From Planctomycetota bacterium (GTDB taxonomy: Bacteria; Planctomycetota; Planctomycetia; Pirellulales; Pirellulaceae): DNA of 64,000 bases. The notes under the pieces were generated by a model. It made no database searches. It saw nothing but the letters and a program-made list of their open reading frames with translations, and was not told the DNA's origin. This document shows positions 37,414 to 46,924 of this stretch, in pieces. Position 1 is the first letter of the stretch, and each line of letters starts with the position of its first letter. The position numbers were made by a program, and so were the translations under genes. The stretch lies in the NCBI GenBank assembly GCA_046051705.1, contig JBJONT010000049.1, positions 4,470-68,469 of the forward strand, in the 5' to 3' direction.

Positions 37414-38697
37414 ATGTCACTTTCACAAACAATCTTTGAAGCACTCGATTCGGTTCCTCTCGTCGATCCGCACTCGCACATCAACCCGCGTTCACCCGCT
37501 TCTGAATCCATCGCGGATTTGCTTGGGTATCACTATTACACGGAATTGGCCCATTCAGCAGGGATGCCGCGTGAGAGGATCGAAGAGCCGGGGATCAGTC
37601 CCAAGGAAAAGGTTTCTAGGTTGTTTGAGTATTTGCATCACATCAATCATTCGGTGCAGTGGTCTTGGTTCGTCGAATTGGCCAGGGAGTTATTCGGGTT
37701 CGAAGGGGATACCATCGATCGTTCGAATTGGGAAACGGTATATGATTTAGCGGCAACCAAGATGAGTGAGCCGACTTGGGAGGACGAAGTTCTTCGCAAG
37801 AGCAAGGTCGAGCGAATCTTTTTGACGAACGATTTCGATGACCCTCTCGATGACTTCGATACCTATCGGTATGTCCCCTGCTTACGCACGGATGATCTTG
37901 TATTTCATCTTTCTTTGCCGCAAACGCGGGAGCGGTTGGCGAAAGCAACGGGATTCGAAGTAACGAAGCTTTCAGAGCTGCGACATGCAATCGGCACGCT
38001 CTTCGCGCACTTTGTCAAATACCAAGTTCGAGCATGTGCGATTTCGCTACCTCCATGGTTCACCCCTCGAGAAGTTCCCGTCGTCGATGCGGCTGCGGAG
38101 GCGTCTTTACAACGCGTGTTAGCTGGTCAAGCGAATCAAACGGATCGCGACACGATTGCTTATTGGGTGTTTTGGAGACTTGCTGAATTTTGCCAAGATA
38201 CGAATCTCCCATTCGATCTTATGATCGGGGTGAATCGCAAGGTATATCCAACAGGGGTTTACCAAGGCCAGGATTTGTACGATTCGCGATGGTCGATGAT
38301 CCAGTACGCTGATTTGTTCAACAGCTTTCCAACGGTTCGATTCCCAATCTCGGTGCTAGCTTCCGTCAGCAACCAAGAACTTGTCGACTACGCTTGGATT
38401 TTCCCCAATGTGATTGCCAATGGACATTGGTGGTATAGCAATACGCCTACTTTCATTCGTCACGATTTGCGTGCTCGTATCGACGCAATCCCTCGAAACA
38501 AAATCATTGGTTATTACAGCGATGCGTACAAGCTCGAATTCATCTTGCCGAAGTACCGTATGTTTAAGCGCATTTTGGCTAACGTTTTAGCCGAGTCGAT
38601 CGTTTGTGAACGCGGACTCAGCGAGACCTTTGCCGTAGAATTGGGCACTCAACTTTTAAGAGGAAATGTCGATGCTATCTTCTTTGGTCATGAGTAA
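37414..38697 (+). CDS. Amidohydrolase-fold uronate isomerase-like protein
   Basis: VDPHSH (HxH), YHYYTELAHSAG, NGHWWY and YYSDAYKLEF. Confidence 0.7.
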   Translation: MSLSQTIFEALDSVPLVDPHSHINPRSPASESIADLLGYHYYTELAHSAGMPRERIEEPGISPKEKVSRLFEYLHHINHSVQWSWFVELARELFGFEGDTIDRSNWETVYDLAATKMSEPTWEDEVLRKSKVERIFLTNDFDDPLDDFDTYRYVPCLRTDDLVFHLSLPQTRERLAKATGFEVTKLSELRHAIGTLFAHFVKYQVRACAISLPPWFTPREVPVVDAAAEASLQRVLAGQANQTDRDTIAYWVFWRLAEFCQDTNLPFDLMIGVNRKVYPTGVYQGQDLYDSRWSMIQYADLFNSFPTVRFPISVLASVSNQELVDYAWIFPNVIANGHWWYSNTPTFIRHDLRARIDAIPRNKIIGYYSDAYKLEFILPKYRMFKRILANVLAESIVCERGLSETFAVELGTQLLRGNVDAIFFGHE

Positions 38698-40414
38698 AGC
38701 GATTTCTCAAGTTCGCGGCGTGCGTATTGCTCGATTGGCGATGTTTGGCATCGTGTGCATCGCAAGTTCGATGTTTGTCGTAAGCAATGCTGCGGAACCT
38801 GCGCCGAAGACCAACTTCGTGGTCATCTTGAGCGATGATATGGGGATCTCCGATATCGGTTGCTACGGTGGTGAGATCCGAACAGAGAATCTCGATCGCC
38901 TAGCAAACAATGGCTTGAGATTTCGTCAGTTCTATAACACAGCTAGATGCTGCCCGACGCGCGCAAGCTTGTTGACCGGACTCTATCCTCATCAAGCTGG
39001 GATTGGGCACATGATGGAGGATCGGGGATTGCCAGGGTATCGAGGCAATCTAAACGATTCATGTCGCACGATTCCCGAAATGCTCCGTCCTTCGGGTTAC
39101 CGTAGCTACGGGGTTGGCAAATGGCATGTGACCCGTCATGCAGGCCCCAACGCTCCGAAGGAGCAGTGGCCACTGCAACGTGGTTTTGATCGATTCTACG
39201 GCACCATTCATGGCGCGGGTAGTTTTTTCGACCCGTCCTCGCTAGTCCGAGATAACACGATGCTATCGGCGTATGCCGATCCGTTGTATCAACCGCAAAC
39301 CTATTACTACACCGACGCGATCTCAGATCACGCTGTGAGATTCCTTAGGGATCATCTCCATGAATCCGCGGATCAACCTTTTTTTCTCTACGTTGCCTAT
39401 ACCGCAGCGCACTGGCCTATGCATGCCCTGCCCGAGGATATCGCAAGGTATCGAGGTAAATATGACAGCGGATATGAAGCGATACGTAAGGCTCGATTCG
39501 AAAAAGCGAAATCGATCGGACTCCTACCAAACGATCTCGCGTTGCCTGATGGCATCGGCAAATGGGATTCGATCGATAACAAAGCCTGGGAAACAGCTTG
39601 CATGGAAGTCTATGCTGCGATGATCGATCGGATGGATCAAGGGATCGGACGAATCATTAGTGAGCTTGAGGAGCAGGGTAAACTGGAAAATACGCTGATC
39701 TTCTACATGCAAGACAACGGAGGGTGCGCGGAAGGAATAGGTAGGCAGGGAAATAAAAACCATCCCAATATCGCGAGACCAGACACTCCGACGCTACCCC
39801 CGATGGCTCCGACCGATTTTGCTGCCGCTGGCAGTGTTCCCAGTCAAACCCGGGACGGTTATCCAGTACGGATGGGCCCAAACGTTGTTCCAGGACCTGC
39901 TGATACATACGTTGCATATGGTGAGAACTGGGCAAACGTCTCGAATACCCCTTTTCGGGAATACAAACACTGGGTTCACGAAGGCGGAATCAGTACTCCG
40001 TTAGTCGTGCATTGGCCTCAAGGAATTAAAACGCCAGGGCAATGGCGATCGCAACCTGGACACCTTATCGATATCGCAGCAACGTTGCTTGACTTAGCTC
40101 AAGCACCCTATCCAGCCGACGCAACTCCCTTGGAAGGTCGCTCGCTGATCCCCGCTTTCAACGATTCACCTATCGAGCGCGAGGGCTTGTATTGGGAACA
40201 TGAAGGGAATCGTGCGGTTCGAGTCGGTGATTGGAAACTAGTCGCGAAACATGCGAAACCTTGGGAGCTTTATGACCTTTCTGTCGATCGCATCGAAGCG
40301 AATAACCTCGCTGAGAAATATCCTGAACGGGTTGAGCAACTCCGAAAGCAGTACCGTGCTTATGCGGATCGTAGCAACGTTGTCCCTTGGCCGCCGACAA
40401 AGAAGGGGGAGTAG
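38666..40414 (+). CDS. Arylsulfatase
   Basis: NFVVILSDDMG, formylglycine motif CCPTRASLLTG, GKWH, QDNG and HEGGISTP. Confidence 0.95.
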   Translation: MSMLSSLVMSKAISQVRGVRIARLAMFGIVCIASSMFVVSNAAEPAPKTNFVVILSDDMGISDIGCYGGEIRTENLDRLANNGLRFRQFYNTARCCPTRASLLTGLYPHQAGIGHMMEDRGLPGYRGNLNDSCRTIPEMLRPSGYRSYGVGKWHVTRHAGPNAPKEQWPLQRGFDRFYGTIHGAGSFFDPSSLVRDNTMLSAYADPLYQPQTYYYTDAISDHAVRFLRDHLHESADQPFFLYVAYTAAHWPMHALPEDIARYRGKYDSGYEAIRKARFEKAKSIGLLPNDLALPDGIGKWDSIDNKAWETACMEVYAAMIDRMDQGIGRIISELEEQGKLENTLIFYMQDNGGCAEGIGRQGNKNHPNIARPDTPTLPPMAPTDFAAAGSVPSQTRDGYPVRMGPNVVPGPADTYVAYGENWANVSNTPFREYKHWVHEGGISTPLVVHWPQGIKTPGQWRSQPGHLIDIAATLLDLAQAPYPADATPLEGRSLIPAFNDSPIEREGLYWEHEGNRAVRVGDWKLVAKHAKPWELYDLSVDRIEANNLAEKYPERVEQLRKQYRAYADRSNVVPWPPTKKGE

Positions 40415-40440
40415 AGGTTCGGAGGGGGGAGGATTGGAAA

Positions 40441-40466
40441 CACAGAGGCACAGAGGCACAGAGAGG
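40441..40466. repeat. 8-bp tandem repeat (CACAGAGG x3)
   Basis: Units at 40441, 40449 and 40457 between convergent genes. Confidence 0.65.
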
Positions 40467-40471
40467 TTAAA

Positions 40472-43400
40472 CTATCTTCGATCCTGCGATTCGCTGCGAA
40501 GGAAACTTACGACGGCGGCGAGTTCCTCTGGAGTCAGAAGTTGTTCGAAGCCTTCGGGCATGAGCGACCGCTGCGAAACCCGATATTCACTCAAGACGCT
40601 TTTTTCGATGCGGCTAATTTTTCCAGTCGCATCAACCCACTCTATGGTTCGATCGTCCTCTTGAATTTTGAGACCAACAAGCGACTCTCCATCGACCGTG
40701 TTGGCTTGAAATACCCAGTACTTCTCTTCCACGGAGCGATTCGGATCAAGAATCGCTGTCATCCAGGCTTCATTGGTCCAGTGGCTTAGTCCCCGTAGGT
40801 TCGGGCCGAGCGCCTCTATCGTTTGCTCTCCTTGGGGTCTTGGATCGTGACAGGCGGCGCAATGTTTTGCGTAAGCCGACTGCCCAACGCTTGGATCTGT
40901 TTTCGCTGGCCAGCGTTTTAATGCGTTCCGAACGATTTCGGGTCGGTCCGCACCCGGTGGATCGCCGAAAAGCTCTCGCTTGAGATCATCCATTCCCAAG
41001 AAGTTAGAATCCCTGAGTTGTTGTAATGTCGATGCATCGATGTCTTCGATCGGAATCTTACCCGATTCGATGCGTTTCAAGAGCTCTTCAAAAGATCCAT
41101 GATTGTTGGTCGACAAGTTCAATGCAACTCGTCGGCTCTCCGCTGATAGCTTGGACCATCCATCGAGGATCTTGATCTCTGCATCGTTTGCGGATCGCCA
41201 TAAGCTTCGAGTCAGTTCGGCATCAAGCGGACCTGCTTGTCCAATGTTTAACGCGGAGAAAAATCTTTGATGGTCTTCAGTCCAGCTTCTTCCCATGCGA
41301 GAAAATAGTAGATCCATAGATGCAGCAAGGGTGGCGGTGTTCGCTACCTCAGGATGGTTTACATACTGATCCCATTGGGCTCTTGAGGCATTAAGCAATC
41401 GATCGATCGCATCGTTGTCTAACCCAGTGCTATCAGCAGTTGAAAACTGCTTAGCAAGTAGATAGTGCCAAGTCGGTCGCGTGGGATTTGAAGGATCGGA
41501 TGGTTCTTCTGCTGCGATGGATTGCAGTAGCTCGGATTTCAGTTCCGGGCTGCAACGTTGCACCAACGCCTCGATGATTCGTCGAACGTACTTCGCCTCT
41601 TGTTCGCTGGATAATGTTTGTCGAAGTACACCATCGATCGAACCGGGAGCAAGAAAGTGAGTCCCTTGTATTAGCCACGAATACTTCGCATGTGCAACAA
41701 GCACTTTTGCAATCGTAGGGGAAAATCTTTCACCGGATTGGCTTGCGAGAACCGCATAAGAAAGTGCCATCGCAGGCGAATCCATGAGGGATTTTGAGTC
41801 TACTTGGGAAAGGAATCTTTCTCGGAATTCGTCGCTGCTGTTTTGCTCAAGCATCGGTTGGATGTGATGCCATTGGTCCATCAGCAGTTTTTGTGTGGCG
41901 GGCAAAAGGTCTTTGGCAGATGTGTTGAGCTTCTCGACGGGGATGCCTTTGATCCGTAGGAGCATATGGCCGATTCGAATTTGTGACCTGACCTCGGTGG
42001 TTTCAAACAAAAGCTTTTGAAGTTTTTCGAAAGCCTCTGGTTGCAACTTGTTTTCTTGCCAGTGTGCGATGAGCAATTGTTGTGCAAGATCTGCGCGGGC
42101 CGAATTTGGACCAATGAGCTCTTGGATTAATGCTTGTTGTGACAGCTTGCTAAAATCGCTGATCGGTAGTGGAGTAAAATCGGTGCGGCGAATTCGGTAG
42201 ATCCTACCTCGATCCTCTCCCGCACGCAGATTGATTCGGCGTTGCCATTCTTCGGGAATCCACTCGGGGTGTTCGATGACATAGCGGTACATGTCGACAA
42301 CCCAAAGCGTTCCGTCTGGAGCATTTTCAATTCGAACAGGACGAAACCAAGGATCACTGCTGCGAATGAATTCACTTTTGGCATCCTCGGCAATCCGTCG
42401 AGCTGTCCAGGTCAAACCGAGCGGTGAAACTTCATATCTTGTTACCAAGTTATGGACCGGTTCACAGACCAATGCGAATCCTCGCATCCCTTCCCCCTGC
42501 CCTGCCCCACGATTGATGATGGTACTACAAGCTGATGTAAAGCGATTGATGGCGTATAAGTCGTTAAAGCGATCAGCTTGTTGACTCAGAGGAAAAACCG
42601 GCGGAATGCTCGGTGGGTCGGTCATCAACTGATATCTTTTGGGAGGGAAGTAACCTGATTGCGCCATCCATGAATGCGGAAAGACATAATGGAACATCGG
42701 CAAGCTGTTTTCGTTACCAAACCAATTGCCAAGTTCATCGGTGGTGCGAATGAATTGAGTCACCCCCGTTTCAAGTTGTAATTCTCCTCGGTCAGGATCG
42801 AGACTCAAATCCGAACCGCTGATGCGCATTGTCGATTCAGGTTTCACGGACGAAGAGTCGGGTGTCGCGTTTGAGGGGACATGGTTAAGCAATCCGCGTC
42901 CGGTAAGGGTAATCTGTTCTGCACCGCCACCGGGGCCGAAGTGCAATCGATGATCCATCCCGTAGGTAAAGCCATGGACACGGTGCTGCGGATTACCTTC
43001 TGGAAAGCCAGTTAAGAGTTCAACCCTCTCATCGCATTTGCCATCACCATCGATGTCACGCGCGAAGAAAATGTTCGGCGCGCAAGCGACGATGCAACCG
43101 TCACGCCAAGCGTATACACCTGCTGGATACTGCAAGCCCTCGAGAAAGGTCGTCGATTGATCCATCACGCCATCGCCGTCGGTGTCGGCGAGTGTCTTGA
43201 TCGATCCTGATTTACCCCCGAGAGGATAGTCGGACATTTCGACGACCCAGACTTTCCCATCCGCTCCAAATGAGACGCCTACAGGGTCAGAAATTAGTGG
43301 TTCACTCGCAACCAATTCGATCGTCCAACCTTCAGGGACTTCGATACTCTCCAACGATTCTTTGGGTGAGCGAGGTTGATCAGCGAGGAGTTTCTGTTTG

Positions 43401-44983
43401 GTAAGTTGAAGCACTCGATCGACGATTTGATTTTCCGTCCCCGTGTCCCATGGACCTGGTTGACCGTAATACAGCATCGAGCCGTCGACTTCATATCCCC
43501 CCTCGAATCGAACACGTTCGCTGGCAACATATGCAAAGACGTCGTCGACATAGGCCGCAACCCAAACGTTTTGAAATTGACTCAATTCCTTTTCGAGTCG
43601 GATTTGGTAGTCGACTACGACTTCTCCTCCCATGAATACCCACCCAAGGTCTTGTCCAAAAGTCCAAAGATGCACCGGTGCGGGATAGGTTTCGGGGATG
43701 CGATCTTTTCTTGAGAGGACTTCGAGCCACGTGTTAGCAAAGTTGCGTTCGTGCACGGATGGGCTTTGCTGCATCGTTTCCAACTTCGCTCGGCTAGGTC
43801 GATCGGAAGAGGCCAAAGCGACGAGGGTAAAAGCTGCGTTCGTAGGAGCAGGTAAAGGTTTAAGCTCCCCAGCGATGACGGCTTGCACAGAATTGGCCAT
43901 TTCCGCCCCGTGTTGGCGGGAGAGTTCGATGGTTCCTCTCGGATTTGGATTTGCATCTGCACCGCATCCGATGATGGGCAACGCGATGCAATCGGGGTGA
44001 TTCTGTTCGATAATTCCAGCCGCGATTCCCCCCCAGTCAGCGCTGATCCGATTTGCATCGGGAGAGATTGATGTACTGTGGCAAGCATACTGATACGTCA
44101 CGGCAATCAAGTTGTCGGCAGCGTCGCTAACTTTGAGAACTTTAACGTTTCGATCGACCGGGCCGTCATCTACGGTTCCGATCCCTACCCATTGGTTTTC
44201 TTTTAACATCCGACGGTTGATCGCAAACTCGGCTCGACCCAAACCGTAATGCACTTTGCCAAGCTTTTGATTCTCGAAAGCTTGTAAGATCGCGTCGCCG
44301 ATACGATCGACCGTCATTTGTGTCGTTCGCAACATGGCTTGCTGTTCCGCTTCGGGAAACGGTACGCCGAAGAGATTCGGGATCAAGCCATCGAGATGAG
44401 GTGCGGTGTGAGAGTGAGTTGTACAAAACACAATTCGGGAGCGAGGAATATCGAGCTTGGGCAACACACGCTTCAAAATGTTTTCGGTCATCATCGAAGT
44501 GATTCCGATCGCATCGATGGAAACGATGACCAATGCTTCTTTTGTATTCGGTTTTTCCACGGTCGGCGATGTCTGATCGGATGCCGATGTTTCGGTTCCG
44601 ATTGAACCGCCGGCCGATTGCGCAGTTTTCGGTTGCGCTGTCTTCGAATGCGCAGCGTTCGATTGCAGGGTGGGGGTCAAGATCAAGGCACGCGCGAATA
44701 AGCGGTCTTCGATTTCTGTAGCAGGGGTCGTGCGCGATGCGTAGCCGCTTAAGCGTACGGGTTCCTCGGGGGTGATGTCAGTTTTCGCAACACCAACAAA
44801 CCACTTTGGGGATTCGTCTGCAAAGCTTGCTGAAGAACTCCACACGCAACCGCATAGAAAAAGGATGGGTGCGATAGTACCGACAAGCAATCGTTGCATA
44901 CGAGATTGCCGGTTAATTGCGGTTAGAATCTTTAAGAAGGACTTCGCGGTCCCTACAACAATGTCACTTGTGGATAACGGCAT
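40472..44983 (-). CDS. Neutral-ceramidase-like N-terminal domain fused to PVC-type heme-binding dehydrogenase-like protein
   Basis: VGVAKTDITP, THSHTAP, YACHST and GCGADANP (ceramidase-like). Then ELVASEP, VWVVEMSDYP, WFRPV and DMYR (beta-propeller), helical repeats, CAACH and SLMPEG (cytochrome c). Confidence 0.82.
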   Translation of the reverse strand: MPLSTSDIVVGTAKSFLKILTAINRQSRMQRLLVGTIAPILFLCGCVWSSSASFADESPKWFVGVAKTDITPEEPVRLSGYASRTTPATEIEDRLFARALILTPTLQSNAAHSKTAQPKTAQSAGGSIGTETSASDQTSPTVEKPNTKEALVIVSIDAIGITSMMTENILKRVLPKLDIPRSRIVFCTTHSHTAPHLDGLIPNLFGVPFPEAEQQAMLRTTQMTVDRIGDAILQAFENQKLGKVHYGLGRAEFAINRRMLKENQWVGIGTVDDGPVDRNVKVLKVSDAADNLIAVTYQYACHSTSISPDANRISADWGGIAAGIIEQNHPDCIALPIIGCGADANPNPRGTIELSRQHGAEMANSVQAVIAGELKPLPAPTNAAFTLVALASSDRPSRAKLETMQQSPSVHERNFANTWLEVLSRKDRIPETYPAPVHLWTFGQDLGWVFMGGEVVVDYQIRLEKELSQFQNVWVAAYVDDVFAYVASERVRFEGGYEVDGSMLYYGQPGPWDTGTENQIVDRVLQLTKQKLLADQPRSPKESLESIEVPEGWTIELVASEPLISDPVGVSFGADGKVWVVEMSDYPLGGKSGSIKTLADTDGDGVMDQSTTFLEGLQYPAGVYAWRDGCIVACAPNIFFARDIDGDGKCDERVELLTGFPEGNPQHRVHGFTYGMDHRLHFGPGGGAEQITLTGRGLLNHVPSNATPDSSSVKPESTMRISGSDLSLDPDRGELQLETGVTQFIRTTDELGNWFGNENSLPMFHYVFPHSWMAQSGYFPPKRYQLMTDPPSIPPVFPLSQQADRFNDLYAINRFTSACSTIINRGAGQGEGMRGFALVCEPVHNLVTRYEVSPLGLTWTARRIAEDAKSEFIRSSDPWFRPVRIENAPDGTLWVVDMYRYVIEHPEWIPEEWQRRINLRAGEDRGRIYRIRRTDFTPLPISDFSKLSQQALIQELIGPNSARADLAQQLLIAHWQENKLQPEAFEKLQKLLFETTEVRSQIRIGHMLLRIKGIPVEKLNTSAKDLLPATQKLLMDQWHHIQPMLEQNSSDEFRERFLSQVDSKSLMDSPAMALSYAVLASQSGERFSPTIAKVLVAHAKYSWLIQGTHFLAPGSIDGVLRQTLSSEQEAKYVRRIIEALVQRCSPELKSELLQSIAAEEPSDPSNPTRPTWHYLLAKQFSTADSTGLDNDAIDRLLNASRAQWDQYVNHPEVANTATLAASMDLLFSRMGRSWTEDHQRFFSALNIGQAGPLDAELTRSLWRSANDAEIKILDGWSKLSAESRRVALNLSTNNHGSFEELLKRIESGKIPIEDIDASTLQQLRDSNFLGMDDLKRELFGDPPGADRPEIVRNALKRWPAKTDPSVGQSAYAKHCAACHDPRPQGEQTIEALGPNLRGLSHWTNEAWMTAILDPNRSVEEKYWVFQANTVDGESLVGLKIQEDDRTIEWVDATGKISRIEKSVLSEYRVSQRSLMPEGFEQLLTPEELAAVVSFLRSESQDRR

Positions 44984-45242
44984 TGGGCATCCTCAGTTGA
45001 TTCGTTGCAAAAGGCTTGGGTGGGCGTTCTCGATGTCGAGCAACCGGTTTTCGGTTGGACGGTTTTACCATTGAGAAGGGTGGTGCTACAGGGCCAAGAA
45101 GAAGAGCTGTGCCATAGACTTAGAGCGATTAAGAGTCAGGTTTATCGCAAACCTTGTAACCAAAGGAATGTGAAATTCCTTTGGTTCAGTCATTTCAAAA
45201 GATGATTTTCCAGAGACCAGTTTCAATAGATCGGCGAGCTGA

Positions 45243-46604
45243 TTATCGCGCGATATCGAAAGCGTAAATCAGTTCTTGATCGCGAATGAAAAGCTTTTGG
45301 TCAGCGATTACAGGGTGAGCCCAAATCGCCCCTCGTCCTCGGTCTGTGCCGGTTTGTGCAGGAAGCTTCACAACGCCGAGTTCTTTCCAGCCTTCGCGGG
45401 ATGGTTGGGCCAGATAGCACACCCCTTCTGAATCGTCATAGCAATAGAGCAACCCGTCAGCCATTGCGATCGAACCAGATCGCGAGTTGCCTGCTTTATG
45501 ACTCCAGAGGACTTCACCGGACTTCAAGTCTTGGGCCATCCAAGTTCCCCGCAGAGCATTGGTAAACCCATAGATGGTTCCTTCGTGAAGGATGTAGCCA
45601 CCGTGGTGGTTTTCCATCGATTCTTTGTCGAAGTGATATCGCTCTTTCATCGAAACTTTACCGGCTGCGCTGGAGAGTTCGATCAAGGAGTTGCCAGCTT
45701 TGTAGGCCGACGAGTGATAGACTTCGTTCCCAGCGATGATCGGGGTCGGGATCACGGCTGTCTTGTTGCCGGTCGTCGGGTTAGTGAATTGATGTTCGCC
45801 ATTTTCGGCATTGAAAGCCACTAAGCCAGACTTGGTGGCGGTGATGTAAATCGGTACGTTTCCTACCGTGGTCTTCATGATCGAGACGTATTGAGCTACG
45901 TCGCTAAAACCCTTCGAGACATACTTCTCTTCACCGGTCTTCTTATCGAGACCGACGATGAATTTCTCACCGCCGGGGGTGCAGAGCAAGCGATCCCCGT
46001 CGATCAAAACCGATTCGCTGTAGCCCCATTGAGGGATTGCGCCACCGAAGTCCTTGACAAGGTTTCGGCTCCACACCTTTTGGCCGTCTTCGGTTTTCAA
46101 ACAAGTCAATTCACCGAGGTCGCTCAGGAAATAGACATGGTTGTCATCGACGGTCGGGGTGCTTCGTGGGCCTCCACCCCAGCCGGTCAGGTAGTCATCA
46201 GGTTTTGTACCGCGATCGAAGCGTTGCGACCAGAGTTCCTTACCCGACTTCGCATCGATACAAATCGCAACGCAATCCTCTCCGCGTTGCCCCATCGTGT
46301 AAAGCTTGCCATTGCTGATGGCGCTCGACGAGTAACCCAACCCTGCTTCTTTGTAACTCCAAGCAAGCTTGGGGCCTTGCTCAGGCCATGACTTGAGTAG
46401 TTTCTGGGAGCCAGCGATTCCGTCGCGCGCCGGGCCTCGCCACTGACTCCAGTCACCATCTTCGGCGTGAAGTTGTGTTGCTGTTGAAGTGAGCAGCCCC
46501 AAAGCAAGACAAACGGCTTTGCGTACCATCGATCGCTTCGAGTTTTGTAGCCAAGATGTCCGAGTTGAACCCATTTTTTCTAATTCCATTTGCAAGGCTG
46601 CCAT
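45243..46604 (-). CDS. PQQ-binding-like beta-propeller protein (planctomycete type)
   Basis: DWSQWRGPARDG, GGPRSTPTVD, WGYSESVLIDGD and WAHPVIADQKLFIRD. Confidence 0.88.
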   Translation of the reverse strand: MAALQMELEKMGSTRTSWLQNSKRSMVRKAVCLALGLLTSTATQLHAEDGDWSQWRGPARDGIAGSQKLLKSWPEQGPKLAWSYKEAGLGYSSSAISNGKLYTMGQRGEDCVAICIDAKSGKELWSQRFDRGTKPDDYLTGWGGGPRSTPTVDDNHVYFLSDLGELTCLKTEDGQKVWSRNLVKDFGGAIPQWGYSESVLIDGDRLLCTPGGEKFIVGLDKKTGEEKYVSKGFSDVAQYVSIMKTTVGNVPIYITATKSGLVAFNAENGEHQFTNPTTGNKTAVIPTPIIAGNEVYHSSAYKAGNSLIELSSAAGKVSMKERYHFDKESMENHHGGYILHEGTIYGFTNALRGTWMAQDLKSGEVLWSHKAGNSRSGSIAMADGLLYCYDDSEGVCYLAQPSREGWKELGVVKLPAQTGTDRGRGAIWAHPVIADQKLFIRDQELIYAFDIAR

Positions 46605-46924
46605 TCGCGAGGATCATCGCGCGAAGTTGACAGGCGAGGTGAAACCATTTCGAAATCCGCTGCCGCAGTACAGACCGTATCGGATCCGGTCATCCGAAGT
46701 CCATGCAGCGGAGATTAACTATGAATCGTTAGTATAACCGAAACAGGCAATCTTTCAGCACCCGTGCAAGTCCATGCCATATTGCGATGATGTTCCACGA
46801 CCGGCACGGTGAAATGCTAGCGTTTTGCTTGGGTTTTCTTTTGGAAAAATAGCCCACAGTTTTGCCGAAATAGCCTTTTGTGGTGCAAGATTCGACTTGA
46901 CGAATACTAGGCAGATGGGACAAG

